A stretch of DNA of 64,000 bases from Flavobacterium sp. (GCF_027484205.1 NZ_JAIXUB010000001.1:65528-129527), one strand, 5' to 3'; positions 30,529 to 39,348 are shown, numbered from the stretch's first letter. Notes: generated from the letters alone by a model not told the origin. A program made the numbers and translations.

Positions 30529-30536
30529 AACACTAT

Positions 30537-30699
30537 CGCTAACACAGGTTTTATGCTATTGCTGCGCTTGGGCTTTTTTGGACGCTTGGTCTCTTATCTT
30601 TTTTCTTTTTCATCACGTTTTATTTCCAAAAGTTTTCGGTATATTTGTTATCGGCTGTGATAAAAGCAGCAACTGTCGCAAAGCGGCATTACGTTGGTG
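30537..30699 (+). repeat. attC-like site 9 (family C)
   Basis: CGCTAAC A CAGGTTTTATGCTATTGCTG ... CAGCAAC ... GTTGGTG; TATATTTG at 30640. Confidence 0.85.
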
Positions 30700-30745
30700 G
30701 CAAGACTACATCAACAGACAAAAAAATCAATAAATAAAGAAAAAA

Positions 30746-31834
30746 ATGAACTTTTTAAAAAATATATTTGGCAAAGAAAACACCAAAATAAATTCAAATA
30801 ATGACTTTTGGAATTGGTTTCTACAAAATGAAAAGACTTTTTTCAATGTTGTAAAAAACAACAATAATATACATAAAAACTTTTTTGATAAAATTTCTCC
30901 CAAATTGGCGGATTTAAGAGAAGGATATTTTTTTGTGTCTGGAATGTTTAATGACGAAACCGCTGAACTCGTTTTGACAGCAGATGGCAACGTTAAGAAT
31001 ATTAACTTTGTAGAGGAACTTGTAAATGCTGCACCAAAAATTGAAGGATGGAAAATAACTGCTCACAAAGAACCAATGGATATTGAAAATATAGAAATTA
31101 AAATGGGAAACTATATTTTTAATAGTGAAAATATTTTCTTTTACTCAAACGATTTTAAAGAATATCCAGATGAAATTGATATTTCTGTAATTCACAATGA
31201 ATTGAATGATATAAACAAAGAACAAGTTGGTAATGGTACTTATATTTTTCTAGATAATTATTTGGGGGAAATTGATTTTATTAATAACATTGATAATTTA
31301 TCAATAATAGGAAAACAAGAAAGTCAAAAAGAGCTAATTCCTATATCTAAATTAAAAGATTTTCTAAATTGGCGTAGAAAAGAATTTATTGAAAAATATG
31401 AAGGTGTTCGATATAATACAGAAGATGATGAATATTCAATAATGGAAGCCGAATTGGAAAGTGGAAATAAATTATTAGCTGTAATTAATACAACATTGTT
31501 AAATTGGGATAGAAAAGCATCACATCCTTGGATTTGTATCTTAACAATGAAGTTTGATGGAAAAGATACAAATGGAATGCCAAATGACAATGATTATAAA
31601 TTACTTAATGAAATTGAAGAAGAAATTTTACAAAACCTAATTGATAAAGATGGCTATTTGTATATCGGAAGACAGACTGCTAACAGTGAACGTGACATTT
31701 ATTTTTCTTGCAATGATTTTAGAAAACCGTCAAAAGTTTTTGATGAAATTCAAAGAAAATATCACAACAATTTTGAAATAGATTTTGAAATATTTAAAGA
31801 CAAATATTGGCAAGCATACGAAAGATTTACATAA
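30746..31834 (+). CDS. Cassette: DUF695-domain protein
   Basis: FWNWF, ELVLTADG, APKIEGW, LDNYLGE; C-terminal GMPNDND...YIGRQT...ERDIYF...DKYW. Confidence 0.7.
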   Translation: MNFLKNIFGKENTKINSNNDFWNWFLQNEKTFFNVVKNNNNIHKNFFDKISPKLADLREGYFFVSGMFNDETAELVLTADGNVKNINFVEELVNAAPKIEGWKITAHKEPMDIENIEIKMGNYIFNSENIFFYSNDFKEYPDEIDISVIHNELNDINKEQVGNGTYIFLDNYLGEIDFINNIDNLSIIGKQESQKELIPISKLKDFLNWRRKEFIEKYEGVRYNTEDDEYSIMEAELESGNKLLAVINTTLLNWDRKASHPWICILTMKFDGKDTNGMPNDNDYKLLNEIEEEILQNLIDKDGYLYIGRQTANSERDIYFSCNDFRKPSKVFDEIQRKYHNNFEIDFEIFKDKYWQAYERFT

Positions 31835-31843
31835 AAGCCCAGC

Positions 31844-31871
31844 CACCAACATGCAGTTTGGCAAACAGTTT
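31844..31871 (+). repeat. attC-like site 10, collapsed (R'' joined directly to the next cassette start)
   Basis: CACCAAC ATGCAGT TTGGCAAACAGTTT; TTGGCAAA is complementary to the next cassette's end TTTGCCAAC at 32510. Confidence 0.65.
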
Positions 31872-31905
31872 ATAAAAACTACTAAAAATAAAAAATATAT
31901 TAATT

Positions 31906-32028
31906 ATGAGTGATAAAGAAAAACCAGAAAAACCTACAAATCAATCAGAAAAACCAACTGATGGAGGTTCAACATTTATAACTTTGAATGATGAAACACC
32001 AAGCCGAAATACAACAAACAAAGACTAA
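31906..32028 (+). CDS. Cassette: 40-aa hydrophilic peptide, missed by the ORF track
   Basis: MSDKEKPEKPTNQSEKPTDGGSTFITLNDETPSRNTTNKD*, preceded by an A-rich leader. Confidence 0.4.
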   Translation: MSDKEKPEKPTNQSEKPTDGGSTFITLNDETPSRNTTNKD

Positions 32029-32484
32029 CCAAAATAGCAAAGTTTTAAAAGCTTTATTATAAGAAGTGGAAATTATAGTCAAATGTTTACCGTTTATCTC
32101 AATTGATTTTTGGTAAGTAAATAGAATATTAATTCTTGACTTTTCTTCTGTTTCTGAAGTTATTTTATCGAAGTTGTCTGGCGCAATTCCATTAAACCTT
32201 AAATCTAAAGGAGTAATGGCTTTTCTTGTATGGAATACGATGATGCCTCCGAATAATACTATTGAATAAAGTATGTAGCTTTTTAACGTATAAAACTTAC
32301 CTTCTATAATGTCAGAAACAGAATATCCGAAAACGGCTAATATTAAAGTTAATAAATAAAAAAGTCTATTTCTTGTTTCTCGTATAGAGTCATTGATGTG
32401 AATAAGCAAATCTTTTGCTTCACTTAATTGAATACTAAATAATTCGTTTTTTGTTTTCATATTTGTAAAATTAAACATTTTCAC
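31969..32484 (-). CDS. Cassette: three-TM membrane protein in reverse orientation
   Basis: Only substantial minus-strand ORF in the array; probable ATG at 32460 (MKTKNE). Confidence 0.7.
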   Translation of the reverse strand: MKMFNFTNMKTKNELFSIQLSEAKDLLIHINDSIRETRNRLFYLLTLILAVFGYSVSDIIEGKFYTLKSYILYSIVLFGGIIVFHTRKAITPLDLRFNGIAPDNFDKITSETEEKSRINILFTYQKSIEINGKHLTIISTSYNKAFKTLLFWLVFVCCISAWCFIIQSYKC

Positions 32485-32511
32485 TTAATTCAGTGGAAAA
32501 TAAAACCGATT

Positions 32512-32676
32512 TGCCAACACAGGTTTTATGCTATTGCTGCGCTTGGGCTTTTTTAAAGGTTTGGTCTCTTATCTTTTTTCTTTTTTTAAAACGTTTTTTC
32601 TTTCAAAGTTTTCGGTATATTTGCTTTGGTCTTTGACAAAAATCAGCAACAGACATAAAGCCTGGGAACGTTAGCT
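32512..32676 (+). repeat. attC-like site 11 (family C)
   Basis: TGCCAAC A CAGGTTTTATGCTATTGCTG ... CAGCAACAGACATAAAGCCTG GGAAC GTTAGCT; TATATTTG at 32616. Confidence 0.9.
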
Positions 32677-32700
32677 GCCATTTTCATAACACTCGATTTT

Positions 32701-33279
32701 ATGAGAAACTATATCTTTATTTTAACTCTAATTGTCTTATTTGGATGTTCAACTCCAAAGCAGCTTAATGATTACTATAGTGAAGATAAAAACATAAATC
32801 TTTATACTTTTGTAGGCAAGAAAATATCTGTAACAGAATTTGATCCAAACGCAGAAGAAAAAGGAGAAACTATTGTTGACAAAGTGACTGGTGAAAATCA
32901 AGTTAGAAAGTCGCACATAATGGATTTAGGATTTCGATGTAAATATTCAGTCCTGAAAAACGTCTTCAATAAATTAGAAAACGACACTATTGATTTTGTT
33001 GCTTATGATCATTACGGAAATCCCAGGTTTTCGGAATATAAAACTGTATTACTTTACATTTCAAAAAGCACAAAAGGAAATTATTATTTTCATCAAAAAT
33101 ATCAGTTCGACTACTTGGAAAAAACTTCTGATGGAAAGTTTTATGGATACACATATGACAGAAAAGAAAAAAGAAAAAGAATCACATTTAAAAACAAAAA
33201 AATTGCCAGTATAGAAGATTTATTTGTTAAGAAAAAAGAAGAAGTATTCAAATCGCTATTTAAAAAAAACGGCAACTAA
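32701..33279 (+). CDS. Cassette: lipoprotein
   Basis: Lipobox LFGC; its stop TAA lies inside R'' of site 12. Confidence 0.7.
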   Translation: MRNYIFILTLIVLFGCSTPKQLNDYYSEDKNINLYTFVGKKISVTEFDPNAEEKGETIVDKVTGENQVRKSHIMDLGFRCKYSVLKNVFNKLENDTIDFVAYDHYGNPRFSEYKTVLLYISKSTKGNYYFHQKYQFDYLEKTSDGKFYGYTYDRKEKRKRITFKNKKIASIEDLFVKKKEEVFKSLFKKNGN

Positions 33280-33405
33280 CAGCCGTTTCTCGTAATTGCG
33301 AATTTTGTAGTAAATTCACGTTTACGTTTCGCAAGAAATTTTATCTTTAACAGAAAACAATTAGTTCCGAAGTTCGCAACCTCACCAAGCGCTGGAACGT
33401 TAGCC
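33274..33405 (+). repeat. attC-like site 12 (family B)
   Basis: AACTAAC A GCCGTTTCTCGTAATTGCG ... GGAAC GTTAGCC. Confidence 0.88.
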
Positions 33406-33431
33406 ATTATTTTACCTAAACGACACGAAAA

Positions 33432-33893
33432 ATGAAAAAATCGACCAAAATTTTCTTGACAATACTTCTAACTTTAATAATTGGAATTTTTATTCATCCA
33501 CAGAAAGTAATTTATGAGGCAAATATTGAAGGAAAAGTAGTTGACGAAAACAATAAGCCTGTTATCAATGCAATAGTTTACAGAATTGAAAAAGAATATT
33601 ATACAAATGAGGAAATTGGATCTAATGAATCAAGAGATTTAAGAACAGAAAGTGTAAAAACAGATGATAGTGGAAACTTCAAGTTTTATGAAAAATCAAG
33701 AATCGATTGGTTTCATACTCCATTAGATTTACCAATTGGCTACTGTTATGCAGAATTCGAAATTGAGAAAAATGGATTTGAATTTTACAAAACAAAGTTT
33801 GGTGAATTTGAACAATACAGAATTGAAAATTGTTACGCTTGTGAAAAAGTATTATTTAAGCCAATTATTACTTTAAAAGTAAAAACTAAATAG
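33432..33893 (+). CDS. Cassette: carboxypeptidase-regulatory-like (transthyretin fold) secreted protein
   Basis: IEGKVVDENNKPVINA...KTDDSGNFKF...IEKNGF. Confidence 0.65.
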   Translation: MKKSTKIFLTILLTLIIGIFIHPQKVIYEANIEGKVVDENNKPVINAIVYRIEKEYYTNEEIGSNESRDLRTESVKTDDSGNFKFYEKSRIDWFHTPLDLPIGYCYAEFEIEKNGFEFYKTKFGEFEQYRIENCYACEKVLFKPIITLKVKTK

Positions 33894-33923
33894 AAATTTA
33901 AAACAGCACTAAAAAAAAATAAC

Positions 33924-34051
33924 GGCTAACAAGTGTTTGTAGCAATTGCGAATTTTGTGGTAAGTTCACATTTACGTTTCACAAGAATTTTTATCTTTAA
34001 CGGAAATTCGTTCCGAGGTTCTCAACTGCGTTAAGCGGCGGAACATTAGAC
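33924..34051 (+). repeat. attC-like site 13 (family B; R' core ATT)
   Basis: GGCTAAC ... GCGGC GGAAC ATTAGAC. Confidence 0.85.
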
Positions 34052-34078
34052 ACAATTTTATCGCAGAAAACTAAAAAA

Positions 34079-34729
34079 ATGAGAAATCTAATAATTACAT
34101 TTTATTTATTAATAAGTGCAATAACATATTCACAAAACGCAGAAAACAATTTTCCAAGTATTGTTGAACAGAAAACAGCTTATTTTCATAAAGACAACTT
34201 AAAACCATTTACTGGAAATCTTATATTTAAAGATGATGAAACAAATTTAATAATTAAATCAAAGATTATAAATGGTTTTGAAACTCTTTCTGAAGTATAT
34301 AATCAAAAAAATGAACTTGTTCGATTATTAGAAAATGGAATTGATGCTGAAATACAAAAAACAACAACACATAAATCTAAATTTTTACCTAAAGATAAAT
34401 TTACTGACACATTAAATATTGAGCATAAAACTGTTATTATTAGCTATATAAATAACAATAAAACCAAAGAGAAAATAAAATTTAATGGTATTGTTTCATT
34501 TAACAATACTAAACTATACTATAAAAATGGAATAATCTTTAAGATAGTAAATTTTTATGATGAAGATTTTAAAAGAATAAAAGAAAGCTATGAAATATTT
34601 TATACTGAACTTGGAAATATAGAATTTGCTGGTGAAGAGAAAATATTTAATGGAAACTACAAAAAATGGAATGAAGAAGGAAAAGTAATAGAAAGTGGAG
34701 TATACAAACAAGGGAAAAAAGTAAAATAA
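34079..34729 (+). CDS. Cassette: secreted protein with a C-terminal MORN-variant/YwqK-like repeat
   Basis: Signal peptide; FNGNYKKWNEEGKVIESGVYKQGKKV. Confidence 0.6.
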   Translation: MRNLIITFYLLISAITYSQNAENNFPSIVEQKTAYFHKDNLKPFTGNLIFKDDETNLIIKSKIINGFETLSEVYNQKNELVRLLENGIDAEIQKTTTHKSKFLPKDKFTDTLNIEHKTVIISYINNNKTKEKIKFNGIVSFNNTKLYYKNGIIFKIVNFYDEDFKRIKESYEIFYTELGNIEFAGEEKIFNGNYKKWNEEGKVIESGVYKQGKKVK

Positions 34730-34737
34730 AAAACTGC

Positions 34738-34870
34738 GTATAACAGCTGTTTGGCAAGATTGTTAATTTTGTAGTAAATTCAAGTTTACTTATCGCAAGA
34801 AATTTTATCTTTAACATAAAATAATCAGTTCCGAAGTTCGCAACTAACGAGAAGCGGCGGAACATTAGCA
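34738..34870 (+). repeat. attC-like site 14 (family B; R' core ATT)
   Basis: GTATAAC ... CGCAACTAACGAGAAGCGGC GGAAC ATTAGCA. Confidence 0.87.
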
Positions 34871-34908
34871 GTCATTCTGCGAGAAAATCTGAAAATCAAG
34901 AATTCATT

Positions 34909-35409
34909 ATGAAAGAACAAATATTACTTTTAATTTCATTCTCTATATTTTTCCTTTCTTGTAATAAAACAGAAGATAAAACTTCTGAATTTTTAAAAAA
35001 ATATGATAAAATCAGACTTATCTCTTATAACAAACACAGAGATGTTTTCAGACCAAAATATGAATTAAAAATAGAAAAAGACACCATTCAAATACCAAAC
35101 ATAAAGGTTATTGATAATATTGTCTTAGACAAATACTTTTCACAAAAAATAGCAGAAGTTTTACTTTCGACAGAAAAAGAATGTATAGTGGCTGATTGTT
35201 ACAATCCAAGACATCTAATCTTATTTTATAAACAGAATAAAATTGTTGACTTTTATGAGTTCTGTGCTGAATGTGGTGGAAGTAGACAATCAAAAAATAT
35301 TAATTTTCCAGAACTTTGCACAGAAAAAGGAGACAGAATTATTGAAGTTTTTAAAGACCTGAAATTGAAAAATGACGGCGAAGAAACTGAAAATTACAAA
35401 TATTTCTAA
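34909..35409 (+). CDS. Cassette: lipoprotein with a Cys cluster
   Basis: Lipobox FLSC; ADCYNPRHLILFY...EFCAEC. Confidence 0.7.
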   Translation: MKEQILLLISFSIFFLSCNKTEDKTSEFLKKYDKIRLISYNKHRDVFRPKYELKIEKDTIQIPNIKVIDNIVLDKYFSQKIAEVLLSTEKECIVADCYNPRHLILFYKQNKIVDFYEFCAECGGSRQSKNINFPELCTEKGDRIIEVFKDLKLKNDGEETENYKYF

Positions 35410-35419
35410 TAAGAACGAC

Positions 35420-35556
35420 TGCTAACAGCGGTTGCAAAAAATGGCGTTGCTCGGGATTGATTTGAATTGAGAAAGATTTTTAATTAAATTTTCGGTATAT
35501 TTGTGAGGGCTTGGTCTTGGCTTATCTCCACTTCTTGTAGCCGACGAACGTTTTCT
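35420..35556 (+). repeat. attC-like site 15 (family A)
   Basis: TGCTAAC ... CCACTTCTTGTAGCCG ... GAAC GTTTTCT; TATATTTG at 35496. Confidence 0.87.
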
Positions 35557-35564
35557 GCTATTTT

Positions 35565-36344
35565 ATGAAAAGTGAAGAATCAAAGGAAATTTTAACAAGT
35601 GTAGCTAAATCTCTATTTAGTACTATTCCTTATGCTGGCACTGCATTAACAGAATTAGTGTTTGATTATAATGGAAGGTTAAAACAAAACAGATTAAATA
35701 AATTTATTGAAATTCTTGCTGAAAGCTTCACAAAAAATTCTGATATAAATTTAAACAATATAAAAACAGAACATTTTAATGACTTATTTGAAGCTGTTAT
35801 AAAAAGAGTAGTTAGCACAAAATCAGAATCAAAATTGAGAAGATTTAAAGACATTTTGATTAACGAATTAATAAATCCAACCGAATCAGATACTGTTGAC
35901 ATTTATCTTGATTTAATTAACAATTTATCAGATAACGAAATTTTAATTCTAAACCATCATCGCCACTTTGACAAATCTTATATTAAAGAAATTGCCCGTC
36001 GTGATGAATTAAGGGAAGAACTCAATAAAGCTTTAGAAAACAAAAAACGTGAATCAAATATTATGGATATATCCTCATCCTCGCATAACAATGAGACAAT
36101 TAGAGCAATTGAGACAGAAATTCGTATGATAGAGGAAAAACATAATAAATTAAAAGAATTTCGTTCGCCTGCTTTTTACAATTTGGATGAGAATAAATAT
36201 TTTTTCTATATCCAAAGATTATATTCTCAAGGTTTATTAATTGACATTGGTATTGGCAGAATTGGAACAGAGCCATTTTACATTATGAGTATAACAGAAT
36301 TTGGAATTAATTTTCTAAAGTTTCTTAAAGACTTTAAAGATTAA
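35565..36344 (+). CDS. Cassette: cytoplasmic protein resembling Abi-alpha/DUF4393-like proteins, with a coiled-coil insert
   Basis: IPYAGTALTELV...NRL; YLDLINNLSDNEILIL; QRLYSQGLL...ITEFGINFL winged-helix-like tail; family call by eye only. Confidence 0.45.
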   Translation: MKSEESKEILTSVAKSLFSTIPYAGTALTELVFDYNGRLKQNRLNKFIEILAESFTKNSDINLNNIKTEHFNDLFEAVIKRVVSTKSESKLRRFKDILINELINPTESDTVDIYLDLINNLSDNEILILNHHRHFDKSYIKEIARRDELREELNKALENKKRESNIMDISSSSHNNETIRAIETEIRMIEEKHNKLKEFRSPAFYNLDENKYFFYIQRLYSQGLLIDIGIGRIGTEPFYIMSITEFGINFLKFLKDFKD

Positions 36345-36351
36345 AAAATAC

Positions 36352-36506
36352 AGATAACACAAGTTTTATGCTATTGCTTCGCTTAAGCTTTATTTAGAAA
36401 GTTTGGTGATAATTTTTTTTAATCACGCTTTCTCTCTCAATTTTTCGGTATATTTGTTAAAACAAGTCTTAAAACACAACAGACGTCAAGCCAAAAAACG
36501 TTCTGT
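36352..36506 (+). repeat. attC-like site 16 (family C)
   Basis: AGATAAC A CAAGTTTTATGCTATTGC ... AAAAC GTTCTGT; TATATTTG at 36449. Confidence 0.82.
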
Positions 36507-36527
36507 GATGTTTCAAAAAATATATCT

Positions 36528-38330
36528 ATGAAAATAAGCATCTTAATAATATCCCTTTTTATTTTTGGACAAACTTTTGGCCAAAATAAACAATTGAAAG
36601 ACAGAATTAATCAAGTAGAAAACAACTTAATTCCCTATGTGCCTGTAAAAGGTTTTAATGGTTGGAATATTATTGACAGAATGAAGTATTACAAAGTTCC
36701 AGGATTAAGTATTGCTGTAATAAAAGATTACAAAATTGACTGGGCTAAAGGATATGGATTAGCAGACACAATTCAAAAAACAAAGGTTACAACCGAAACG
36801 ATGTTTTCAGCAGGTTCAATCAGTAAATTTTTAATGGCAGTTACAGCTCTTAAATTAGTTGAAGAGGGAAAAATTGGCTTGGATAGCCCAATTAATGATT
36901 ATCTCACTTCTTGGAAAATTACCGAGAATGACTATACCAAAAAAACGCCTGTTACTCTAAGAATGTTGTTAAGCCATTCGGCAGGTACTTCTCAAACTTC
37001 CTATTTTGGTTTTACACCAACAGAACCACTACCAACGATTGTAGATGTGTTGAATGGTGCGAAAATTTCACAAACAAGAGCTGTAGTTGTAAATAGTGAA
37101 CCCAACAAAGAATTTCGATATTCTGGTGGAGGTAGTATGATTGCGCAAATGGTTTTGATGGACGTTAGCAAAAAGAGTTTTGGTAATTTAACACAACAAG
37201 TACTATTTGACAAAATTGGAATGACCAACTCAACATTTGAACAACCAGTTCCAGAAAAATTTTCTAAACAATGTTCTTGGGCTTATTCGCAAGCCTCATG
37301 GTTTAAAGGAATGCCTTATGTCTATCCACAACAAGCAGCAGCAGGTCTTTACTCAACTCCAACTGACTTGGCTAAATTTTTCATAGATGTTCAAAACTCA
37401 TTCAATGGAAAAGGCAAAGTTTTGAGTGAAGAAATGACAAAAAAAATGCTAACATCGCAAGTAAATGTTTCTGATGGTGGCTATAAAGAACAAATGGCAA
37501 TTGGACCATTTCTAATTCAACGTACAGACAACAAAGACCCAAATGGAGTTTACTTTGAATTTACTGGTGTTAATGCAGGTTTCTTGGCTTATGGAATAGC
37601 GAGTGTACAAGGAGGAAATGGAGTTATTGTAATGCTTAATTCTGGTGACAATCAAAACGGAATTGGAAAAGAAATTAGAAGAGCCGTAGCCAAAGTGTAT
37701 AATTGGACTAACTTTTTACCCGATGAAATTCAACCAATCAATCTGCCTGAAGATGAATTAAACAAAATGGCTGGACGATATAGAATGGCTACAGACGAAG
37801 TACTTTATTTAAGAAAAGAAAAAAACTATCTAGTAGAGAATATAAACAATGGAAATGAAATTTACTGCTTCCCAATCTCAAAAGATAGCATTGTATTTAC
37901 GGATTACAACATCAAGGGCTTCTTTAAAAGAAATGAAAATGGAGAAATAATCGGGCTTCAAAATATTTATCAAGAAAAGCCAATGCCAAAAATGAAAGAC
38001 AATGAATTTTCGCCAAGTGAATATTTAAATATGCAGCAATATGATGAAGCCAAAAAAGCATTTGCAGCAATGAAAATGAATGAAGGACAAATTACATACT
38101 TAGCCTATGACTTGATGAATAAAAAGCCATTAAACCCATTTGCCGTAAAAACCATTTTAGATTTAGCAACAGAGCAACATCCGAATTCTTCAATGGTTTA
38201 CAGTCGTTGGGGTGACTATTATTTAAAACTAAATGACAAACAAAATGCATTAAAGAGCTATCAAAAAGCCATAGATCTTGACCCAAACGACCAACAAACA
38301 AAAGATATTTTGGAAACCTTAAAAAAATAA
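36528..38330 (+). CDS. Cassette: secreted serine hydrolase (beta-lactamase/PBP-like family) with a C-terminal TPR
   Basis: VPGLSIAVI, SxxK = SISK, LLSHSAG, FRYSGGG, YPQQAAAGLYSTPTDLAKF; TPR YQKAIDLDPND. Confidence 0.85.
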   Translation: MKISILIISLFIFGQTFGQNKQLKDRINQVENNLIPYVPVKGFNGWNIIDRMKYYKVPGLSIAVIKDYKIDWAKGYGLADTIQKTKVTTETMFSAGSISKFLMAVTALKLVEEGKIGLDSPINDYLTSWKITENDYTKKTPVTLRMLLSHSAGTSQTSYFGFTPTEPLPTIVDVLNGAKISQTRAVVVNSEPNKEFRYSGGGSMIAQMVLMDVSKKSFGNLTQQVLFDKIGMTNSTFEQPVPEKFSKQCSWAYSQASWFKGMPYVYPQQAAAGLYSTPTDLAKFFIDVQNSFNGKGKVLSEEMTKKMLTSQVNVSDGGYKEQMAIGPFLIQRTDNKDPNGVYFEFTGVNAGFLAYGIASVQGGNGVIVMLNSGDNQNGIGKEIRRAVAKVYNWTNFLPDEIQPINLPEDELNKMAGRYRMATDEVLYLRKEKNYLVENINNGNEIYCFPISKDSIVFTDYNIKGFFKRNENGEIIGLQNIYQEKPMPKMKDNEFSPSEYLNMQQYDEAKKAFAAMKMNEGQITYLAYDLMNKKPLNPFAVKTILDLATEQHPNSSMVYSRWGDYYLKLNDKQNALKSYQKAIDLDPNDQQTKDILETLKK

Positions 38331-38442
38331 ACAACTGAATTTATAAAGAAAAGAAAAATGTCATTTAAAATGATTCGTCAATTGCATGAAAAATCAATCA
38401 TTCCTACTGATGTTTCGATACAAACTTATTAAAAGACACAAT

Positions 38443-38567
38443 CGCTAATAGTGTGCAAAACTTCATTACTTAGTTTTCGTTAAGTAGTGCGATTTGTTAC
38501 TATTTTCGTTTTGAGTTAATCCAAAATCTCTGTTGCCAAGATTTAACGAGTTTTCCGAACGAATTAT
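38443..38567 (+). repeat. attC-like site 17, heavily degenerate
   Basis: CGCTAAT...GTGCAAAACTTC versus GAGTTTTCC GAAC GAATTAT; GTT core absent. Confidence 0.35.
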
Positions 38568-38640
38568 TTTTATAACTATATAGATTTCGAAAACTTACAT
38601 AAAAAAGAAAATTTTAAATTAATAAAGTTTTTCGTTAAAA

Positions 38641-39336
38641 ATGAGAAAAATAAATTTATACTTAATAATACTTGTTTCAATTTTTCTAACAAACAAGTCG
38701 TTTTCACAATCTATAATTAATGACAAAGATGGTTTTGTAAATGTCCGAAAAGAGGCTAATAAAGACAGTCAATTAATTGATACCTTAAAAAATGGTCACA
38801 TAATATATGATTTAGAACGAGAAGGAAATTGGGTAAATATCGATTATTTTAAAAATAACGAATCTTTAAGCGGTTATATTTACAACGATAGGTTTAAACG
38901 AATCGAGAAATTTAAAGAAATTAAGAGAAAAACAATCAGTGCTAATGAGGTAGTTTTAGGCAATGATAGTATTGAAATTAGAGTAACTGAGGCAAAATTT
39001 GAACCTAAAAAACACAAATTCACTTATTCGAAGGAAAATAAAAAGGTAATTACTCTCATTGATAAAAAGCAGTATTACGGAACTGATGGCGAAGTACCAA
39101 AAACACAATATGAAGAAATTAAAATGAAGATTAAAGATAAAGTAATTATACTTCCAAAAAGTGCGACAGAAAATTTATATGAACCGAGTATAAATAAAAT
39201 TACTGTTCATTATGACGAAATTAATAAAACAATCTACATAGATTCAATTAATAGCGATGGTGCTGGCGGTTATGTTGTGGTTTGGAAAATAAAAAAAGAA
39301 AAATTTGAAGACAGATATATATTTTATGGTTTTTAA
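38641..39336 (+). CDS. Cassette: secreted bacterial SH3-domain protein
   Basis: Signal peptide; DKDGFVNVRKE...GNWVNI...GYI; NSDGAGGY.VVW. Confidence 0.7.
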   Translation: MRKINLYLIILVSIFLTNKSFSQSIINDKDGFVNVRKEANKDSQLIDTLKNGHIIYDLEREGNWVNIDYFKNNESLSGYIYNDRFKRIEKFKEIKRKTISANEVVLGNDSIEIRVTEAKFEPKKHKFTYSKENKKVITLIDKKQYYGTDGEVPKTQYEEIKMKIKDKVIILPKSATENLYEPSINKITVHYDEINKTIYIDSINSDGAGGYVVVWKIKKEKFEDRYIFYGF

Positions 39337-39348
39337 TTTAACAAAAAA

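Noticed and set aside
38570-38590. AACTATATAGATT resembling GACTATATAAGTT at the array head (second attI?)
   Set aside because: Short AT-rich similarity with no GTT core; chance cannot be excluded.
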